In this document: in pieces, positions 57,686-64,000 of the stretch
How the letters are laid out: each line of letters begins with the position of its first letter
Numbering within the stretch: the first letter of the stretch is position 1
NCBI GenBank assembly: GCA_963804165.1
Contig: CAWDPO010000046.1
Location: 288,001-352,000, forward strand
Reading direction: 5' to 3'
From: an uncultured delta proteobacterium
GTDB taxonomy: Bacteria; Desulfobacterota; Binatia; UBA9968
Length of the DNA: 64,000 nt
Notes under the pieces: generated by a model
Database searches by the model: none
Told to the model about the DNA's origin: nothing
The model's input: only the letters and a program-made list of their open reading frames with translations
Position numbers and translations under genes: made by a program

Positions 57686-59119
57686 TTGAATTTGCAAGAC
57701 CAGACACAGTTGAATGACAGGCTCCGAAGGATCACTCTCGTCAATTCCGTAATCGGGATTTCCATCGCGGGAATTTCCACCCGGGTATTCATGATCTCCG
57801 TGCCGACGCTGGCGACGGCTTTGAATACGGATATGCTCGGTATTTCCTGGGCGCTGATCATTTATCAGATGGCGGGGATCGGGCTGGGCGTGGTGTGCGG
57901 CCGTCTCGGTGATATCTATGGGCATCATCTATTGTATGGCTGCGGTATGGCGACAATGGCCGTTGGCTCGCTGCTCTGCGGCCTCTCGCAGGACGTTTTG
58001 CAGCTGATCCTGTTTCGTTTTGTCCAAGGCGTGGGCGGCGCCATGATACAGTCGTCCGGCCGCACCTTGGCCTTCAAAGCCATGCCGCAGGGATCCGAGG
58101 GAAAAGCTCAGGGGCTAATGGCGATGTCACACCAGTTTGGTTTTTTTGTTGGCCCGCCACTGGGTGGTCTCATCATTGATTGGATCCACTGGCGCGGCAT
58201 TTTCTTCTTGCTGCTACTGCCGAGCTTGGTCGGCATGGCGCTGAGCACCATCACTGGGCGGGCGGTTGCGCCATCAGCTGCGCGAACGCGGTCGATCGAT
58301 TGGTGGGGCGCCTTGCTCTTCCTTGGATTGTCAATCCTCGTCACCCTACTCATGGATCAAAAAATTGCACGGGTAATGGGCACAGGCAGCCAGATGCTGC
58401 TCGGTCTAGCTTTTGTCGGAATGCTTTGGGGTTTTATTGCGCAAGAGAAAAAAATCCAAAGTCCGATGATCGATCTCTCTTTTTTCTCGGTTCCGGCTTT
58501 CGGCTTCGGTTCGCTCGGTCTGCTCATGTGTTGTATCACCCAAGGCCTGACGACATTCGTCACGCCTTTTTATTTGCAAGACGTCCTTAAACTCTCGCCG
58601 AGCTTCATCGGATTGATCTTTCTCGCGCCGTCGCTGCTCAGCATGGTGCTCTCGCCGGTGAGCGGCGCCCTGACCGATCGTATCGGCGCGCGCTTCCTGT
58701 TGATCCTGGGTGTGCTGATCCTTATGGCCGCGTTTTTGATCGGCGCCAATCTGCGCGCGGACTCCCATTGGATCTTATCTGCCATCCTGCTCGCTCTTAC
58801 CGGGATCGGCTCGGCCTTCTTCAACACGCCGTCACAGGCGGTGATGGTGAGCTCACTGCCGAAGGAGCATTGGGGCATCGCTATCGGTATCATCAACGGC
58901 ATCTTCGGCCTGGGACACATGCTCGGCATCTCGCTCAGCGGGATATTTCTAACTCTGGCCTTCCGATTTTACTCGGGGGATCCGGGGACGACGCCCGACC
59001 CCGGAGACACTCAAGTTTTCGCTGCTTCGATGAACGTGACTTATCTGTTCGCCCTGGGACTCAGTGTCATCCCTTTGCTGACTTCTATAAAAATGAAAAA
59101 GACCTCTCCGGCGACCTAG
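57686..59119 (+). CDS. MFS transporter (DHA2-like, 14 TM)
   Basis: CGRLGDIYG, RFVQGVGGA, GPPLGGLI, SGALTDRIG; start uncertain. Confidence 0.92.
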   Translation: MNLQDQTQLNDRLRRITLVNSVIGISIAGISTRVFMISVPTLATALNTDMLGISWALIIYQMAGIGLGVVCGRLGDIYGHHLLYGCGMATMAVGSLLCGLSQDVLQLILFRFVQGVGGAMIQSSGRTLAFKAMPQGSEGKAQGLMAMSHQFGFFVGPPLGGLIIDWIHWRGIFFLLLLPSLVGMALSTITGRAVAPSAARTRSIDWWGALLFLGLSILVTLLMDQKIARVMGTGSQMLLGLAFVGMLWGFIAQEKKIQSPMIDLSFFSVPAFGFGSLGLLMCCITQGLTTFVTPFYLQDVLKLSPSFIGLIFLAPSLLSMVLSPVSGALTDRIGARFLLILGVLILMAAFLIGANLRADSHWILSAILLALTGIGSAFFNTPSQAVMVSSLPKEHWGIAIGIINGIFGLGHMLGISLSGIFLTLAFRFYSGDPGTTPDPGDTQVFAASMNVTYLFALGLSVIPLLTSIKMKKTSPAT

Positions 59120-59278
59120 CGGCGCACGGTAGGACCTGAGGTTATCATGCAAAACGGATCGACAAACGCCGTAAAGAGCAGTAAAAGTCAAAAGCGAAAG
59201 GCCCAGTTTCGCATCGTCTTGGTTGTCGCGCGAACAGGGACTCAAGATTAGATGATCTCACCCCACTGGGAGCTATTT

Positions 59279-60349
59279 ATGAAAACATATTACAAGTCGG
59301 TGGCTCACGTCTCCGTCCAGGCGATCGTGATCGGACTCTTTCTTAACTTGCTGGCGGGCAACGTTTTCTCTCAAACCGATTTTTACAAGGGCAAGACGAT
59401 CAAGATCATTCGCGGCGGTGGCCCGGGCGGGTCCGGTGAGTTTCAGACCCGAGCGTTGGTGAAATTTCTTGAAAAATACATTCCCGGAAAACCGACCATT
59501 ACAGTCGAATTCATCGAAGGCGCTGCCGGAAGAAAGGCGGCCAACGTGATCTACAGCTCGACACGCCCTGACGGTTTGACCATTGGGTCGATCGGTGCGG
59601 GCTTGGTGGTGGGGCCGATCCTGGGCCTCCCTGGCAGCAATTACGATTTGGACAAGTTTATCTATCTTGGATCAACCGACAGCGGCGACCCTTACATCTT
59701 CTACACCAAAGGGGAATTGGGATTGGACAGCATCGCCAAACTGCGCGCGACCAGCGGTATCAGATTCGGCGCCCACGCGGTGGGACATCCGGTCTACGTG
59801 GCGGGGCGCTTCATCGCTTATCTTTTAGGTTTAAAAGAACCGAAGTTCGTCACCGGCTTTACCGGACCGGAGATTTACATCGCGCTGCAGCGCGGCGAGA
59901 TCGACGCTCACGCGACCGGGGCGGCGCGCTTCGTCATCGAGCAACCCGAGTGGATCGAAAAGAAGATGGTTCATTTGCACGCAACCTACACGGTTCCCAA
60001 GGGGCGCCATCATCCAAAATTCGCGCAGGTGCCGGATTACGACAGCTTTGCCAAGTCGGACACCGAGCGCAAGCTGCTCGACATGTTCCGCGCCTTTCAG
60101 TATCCGCGCTGGCCCTATATCTTTCCTCCAGGAACGCCCAAGGAGCGAGTGCAGGTCATTCGCGACGCCATGCGCAAGTCGTTCGCCGATCCGGAGTTTC
60201 CCCACGAATTCAAAAAGCTCATGGGCGACGATCCCGCGCCGATGGGCGGTGAAGATCTCGAGCGCTCGATAAAGGAACTGCCGCGCGATAAAGAGGTGGT
60301 GCAGCTCTATCAAAAACTGGCCGGCGCCGATCCGCTGCCAGGGCGATGA
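59279..60349 (+). CDS. Bug/TctC-type tripartite tricarboxylate transporter receptor
   Basis: FYKGKTI, GPGG, KYIPGKP, PDGLTIG, PPGTPKERV. Confidence 0.88.
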   Translation: MKTYYKSVAHVSVQAIVIGLFLNLLAGNVFSQTDFYKGKTIKIIRGGGPGGSGEFQTRALVKFLEKYIPGKPTITVEFIEGAAGRKAANVIYSSTRPDGLTIGSIGAGLVVGPILGLPGSNYDLDKFIYLGSTDSGDPYIFYTKGELGLDSIAKLRATSGIRFGAHAVGHPVYVAGRFIAYLLGLKEPKFVTGFTGPEIYIALQRGEIDAHATGAARFVIEQPEWIEKKMVHLHATYTVPKGRHHPKFAQVPDYDSFAKSDTERKLLDMFRAFQYPRWPYIFPPGTPKERVQVIRDAMRKSFADPEFPHEFKKLMGDDPAPMGGEDLERSIKELPRDKEVVQLYQKLAGADPLPGR

Positions 60350-60513
60350 ATATCCGGTACTCGTTAATGGGTCGTTGTGTTTGATCGGCGTTACGGGGTT
60401 GACAGTCTTTTTTTTATATTCGATAAATTAGCGGACACTGCTGCAAGCAGAACACCTCATAAAATCGGCCGACGGGAACCACGCCCCGGCGGCTTCACAT
60501 AACAGGAGGATCC

Positions 60514-61116
60514 ATGGCGTACAAACTTGAAGGCAGCCTTCTCGAAGTCTGCAATTGCGAAGTGCTGTGTCCCTGCTGGGTCGGTATGGACCCGGATAGG
60601 GGGACTTGCGATACGGCGTTGGCGCATCATTTCGAAAAAGGTGAAATCGATGGTGTCGATGTGTCGGGGCTCACCATGGGGTTCACCGCGCATGTTCCTG
60701 GAAACATCTTGAAAGGCAACTGGCGCGTCGTGGTACATATCGATGCGCGAGCCACGAAGACTCAGGAAGAGGCACTGCTCACGGTCTACACCGGCAAACA
60801 GGGCGGCCCCGTGGCCGATCTCGTCAAGTTGATTGGCGAGGTGGTTGCCGTAGAGCGCTCGCCGATTGAGTTCGAAGTTTCGGAAGGCAAGGGAACGTTG
60901 CGGATCGGCAGTGTTGCTGACTGTGAGATGGAGCCTTTTCGTGGTCCCAACGGCGAGGTGACAACGCTTCGCGATTCCATATTTACGACCATTCCCGGCT
61001 CGCCCGCTTACGTGGCCAGGGCGACCAAGTTCAAGATGAATAACCCTGCGTTGGGGCAAAACATCGACCTCAAGGATCACAACGCGATTCAGGGAAAATT
61101 CATTTTTCAGAGCTAG
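60514..61116 (+). CDS. DUF1326 domain protein
   Basis: LEVCNCEVLCPCW, G.C, HVPG.I..GNW. Confidence 0.88.
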   Translation: MAYKLEGSLLEVCNCEVLCPCWVGMDPDRGTCDTALAHHFEKGEIDGVDVSGLTMGFTAHVPGNILKGNWRVVVHIDARATKTQEEALLTVYTGKQGGPVADLVKLIGEVVAVERSPIEFEVSEGKGTLRIGSVADCEMEPFRGPNGEVTTLRDSIFTTIPGSPAYVARATKFKMNNPALGQNIDLKDHNAIQGKFIFQS

Positions 61117-61161
61117 ATTTTCCCGCGCGCCGATCCGAGGCGAACGAACTAGCGGAACGCC

Positions 61162-61911
61162 ATGACCGACCGTAGAGCTTTCCTGGGCTTGATGGCCTCG
61201 CTGGTCGGCTTAGCGTGGTGCGCTCTGTGGATCTGGGAGCGCTCGCCCTATGGCCGTTACCTCGGTCATCAACAACTCGGCGAGATCGACGCCGGTTCTC
61301 TCCTTCTACCCATGACGTTCTACCTGGCCGGCTGGACACTGATGACGGTGGCCATGATGTTGCCGACCACGCTGCCGCTGCTCGAAATCTTCCGTCGCCT
61401 GACGGCGCAGCGCCAGGATCGGTCCCAGCTTTTAGCCTTGGTGATTGCCGGCTATCTGGGGGTATGGATGGGGTTCGGTATTGCCGCCCACGGAGCCGAT
61501 TGGTTTTTGCATGAGATCGTCGAGCGCAGTTCCTGGCTTGAAGCAAACGCGTGGATTATCGGCGCGGGCACGCTGCTCATGGCGGGCGGCTTTCAGTTTA
61601 GCCGCTTGAAATACCGCTGTCTGGAGAAGTGCCGCGCGCCATTGAGTTTTGTCACCGAGTACTGGCGCGGTCGCCATGAGCGGCGCAACGCATTTTTACT
61701 GGGGATCAATCACGGCCTATTTTGCGTCGGCTGCTGCTGGGCGTTGATGCTCTTGATGTTCGTCGTAGGGGTTGGGAATGTTGCCTGGATGTTGTTGATC
61801 GGGGCGTTCATGGCCGCGGAGAAGAACCTGTCGTGGGGCCGCAAACTGAGCGCGCCGCTGGGTGTCGCTTTGCTCGCATGGGGCGGGCTGATTTTGCTCA
61901 ATCACGCTTAA
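61162..61911 (+). CDS. DUF2182 metal-binding integral membrane protein
   Basis: AMMLP, KYRCLEKCR, CVGCCWALM, AEK. Confidence 0.9.
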   Translation: MTDRRAFLGLMASLVGLAWCALWIWERSPYGRYLGHQQLGEIDAGSLLLPMTFYLAGWTLMTVAMMLPTTLPLLEIFRRLTAQRQDRSQLLALVIAGYLGVWMGFGIAAHGADWFLHEIVERSSWLEANAWIIGAGTLLMAGGFQFSRLKYRCLEKCRAPLSFVTEYWRGRHERRNAFLLGINHGLFCVGCCWALMLLMFVVGVGNVAWMLLIGAFMAAEKNLSWGRKLSAPLGVALLAWGGLILLNHA

Positions 61912-61949
61912 TCGGGCGACAGCTAAAATCCACTTAGAGGTTAGCCGCG

Positions 61950-63058
61950 ATGGAACAAAAAAGCGCGAGTAAATACTTTCCGACCGTCGGCGACGGCAGC
62001 GGCCTCGCAAGAACCGATGGGCTCTATAAAGAAGAGCTGCAGCTGGCGCTGCGCAATCGCGGCATGCCCTTGGAGGGACTGCGTTATGCGATCACACCGA
62101 CCGGTCTGCACTACCTGCTGATCCACTATGACATTCCGGAGGTGAACGCCGACAAATGGCGCCTAAAGATTGGCGGGTTAGTTGCCACACCGCTCGATCT
62201 AACTCTCGACGAAATCAAAAAGCGGCCGCGCCGAACCATCCCGGTCACCCTGGAATGCGCCGGTAACGGCCGGGCTCTATTCGCACCGCGGCGCATAAGC
62301 CAACCCTGGCTTCTCGAGGCTATCGGTACGGCGGAATGGACCGGTACACCGCTTCGAAGAATCCTGCAGGAAGCCGGTGTCAGCGCCGATGCCGCGGAGA
62401 TAGTTTTTACCGGCCTGGATCAAGGAGTCGAAGGCGACCAGGTTCAATTCTACCAGCGCAGTCTGACTATCGATGAAGCGACGAGGGAGGTCTTGCTGGT
62501 CTATGAGATGAATGGGGAACCGTTGCCCCCCAACACGGCTATCCGCTGCGGCTGTTGATGCCCGGCTGGTACGTCATGGCGAGCGTGAAATGGCTGGACC
62601 GAATTGAGGCTGTTGCAGAGCCGTTTCACGGCTATCAAATGGCGCGCGCCTACCGTTACGCGCAGACAGCGGACGGTCCGGGTGATGCAGTTACCCTGAT
62701 CAGAGCGCGAGCACTGATGATTCCTCCCGGTATTCCAGATTTTATGACCCGCGATCGGTTGGTCGACTCCGGCCCTGTTACACTTACGGGTAAGGCGTGG
62801 GCCGGGAGCGCCAGCGTGTCGCGTGTCGAGGTGAGCGACGACGGCGGCGCGACTTGGTCCGAGGCCCAACTGGACGCATCGGAATCACCTTATGCCTGGA
62901 GGACATGGACGTTCATCTGGAATGCCACTCCGGGCGCATACGTGCTCTATGTTCGCGCGAGCGATGTCAACGGCAATGTGCAGCCGCTCGATCAGCAATG
63001 GAACTTCGGCGGCTACGGTAACAACGGCGTGCAGCGAGTCAAGGTTGTCGTGCGCTGA
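61950..63058 (+). CDS. Sulfite oxidase family molybdoenzyme; frameshift in the C-run 62526-62531
   Basis: ECAGNGR (Mo-binding Cys), AEWTG, reconstructed QHGYPLRLLMPGWY, SVKWL, C-terminal dimerisation domain. Confidence 0.9.
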
Positions 63059-63311
63059 CGCCTCGATCATGAGCGGGGAAGGCAACCTGCAGTTCTCGCT
63101 CGGTCAGAGAACAAAGCGGCGAAGACACGTGTCATCTTCCCAACGGTAATATTCGCTTCCGTGAAATCGTTCCCTCGGCGCCGCACTCGAATTGTTCGGC
63201 GAAATCCGAGTGGTGCGCGAGGACGAAAGTGATTTTCCAAAGAGCTAGAATAGTCGAGTGGCCGGGTAGAAGCGGCAGCAGGAAAACGGCGGATCTTTTC
63301 AGGAGGGATTG

Positions 63312-63530
63312 ATGGCAATCTTCGAATCGTTGGCGAATTCTTTGAAAGTGTTGGTAGTGGGCGATCGGGTCAAGGTTACTCTCCGGCCGGAAACTGGACG
63401 CTTCCCGAATCCGACGGAAGGAAATATCACGCAAAGGGACGACTCGGGAAATTTCTCTCTAAACACTGAGCAGGGCACCATCCAAATCAGGGCTGGCGAT
63501 ATTCTCTCTGTGACCAGACTTAAATCATAG
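63312..63530 (+). CDS. Small SH3/Sm-like beta protein
   Basis: AGGAGG RBS; GDRVKVTL...EG.I...DDSG.F.L.TEQG.IQI.AGDI. Confidence 0.6.
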   Translation: MAIFESLANSLKVLVVGDRVKVTLRPETGRFPNPTEGNITQRDDSGNFSLNTEQGTIQIRAGDILSVTRLKS

Positions 63531-63686
63531 GCTCCATCGGCTCTTTACAGCCGGTTCTCGCATCGCACCGACTGCCCGACTCGGGGTGTCCGGATGTGCG
63601 CACTTGTCGGGTCGTCTAGCGCTCACGGGTAACATATGCTACGCTGCGTCAATTTTTGCGTTTGACGAAAGGGAAGACATACGGGA

Positions 63687-64000
63687 GTGCAAGAGCTAAA
63701 TTGGCTGCGGCGAAGCAGCCGTGCCTTATGCGGGCTGATTATTTTCGAACTGCTTTTGAATTCGTGCTCGATGCGAGCGAGTATTCCCACCGTATCGGAC
63801 GAAGCGGTAGAACTCCTGGTCCGAAACGAGGCGGCGCAGATCATCGCCGTTAGCGAAGATCAGGACCACATTTCGGATTATCAGATTTTTCTCTCCGATT
63901 TCCCGCGGAAAGATATTTTGGGAATGAGCATCGGCAAACGCCGCATATACATTAGCCACGAACTGGCAAAGCTTGCCGCGAGACGTTCTGCGCAGCGTTG
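63687..64000 (+). CDS. Lipoprotein, possibly M48-peptidase-like, runs off the window
   Basis: Manual translation from GTG 63687: ...LIIFELLLNSCSMRASIPTVSDEAVELLVRNEAAQII...GMSIGKRRIYISHEL; open to the window end. Confidence 0.55.
   Translation, partial: MQELNWLRRSSRALCGLIIFELLLNSCSMRASIPTVSDEAVELLVRNEAAQIIAVSEDQDHISDYQIFLSDFPRKDILGMSIGKRRIYISHELAKLAARRSAQR

Noticed and set aside
63726-63959. Minus-strand 77-aa ORF
   Set aside because: It is antisense to a better plus-strand lipoprotein frame starting at 63687.

Overview
GC-rich bacterial chromosomal segment. Gene content (many NMT1/SsuA-type solute-binding proteins, VOC proteins, amidohydrolases, a Bug/TctC receptor) resembles Candidatus Binatia (Desulfobacterota_B); this is an inference, as no marker gene is present. 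About 55 protein-coding genes, mostly catabolic enzymes and transport receptors. No rRNA, tRNA, CRISPR array, integrase or transposase was seen. About a dozen genes are split by 1-bp indels, probably long-read consensus errors. Most notable: (1) a 31.9-42.1 kb catabolic neighbourhood with two biotin-domain-less carboxyltransferase paralogues around a CouO-like hydrolase, two PanB paralogues lacking the catalytic Glu, a LigAB-type dioxygenase and a dienelactone hydrolase; (2) a small ATP-grasp + methyltransferase island bracketed by a duplication of a convergent gene junction, with no mobility genes; (3) several families of intergenic palindromes, including hairpins built from tandem 7-9-mers, plus a tandem heptamer run inside a coding sequence; (4) an uncharacterised TPR-rich envelope gene pair; (5) a DUF1326-DUF2182-sulfite-oxidase-like operon. 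All assignments are by eye from motifs; no searches were run.
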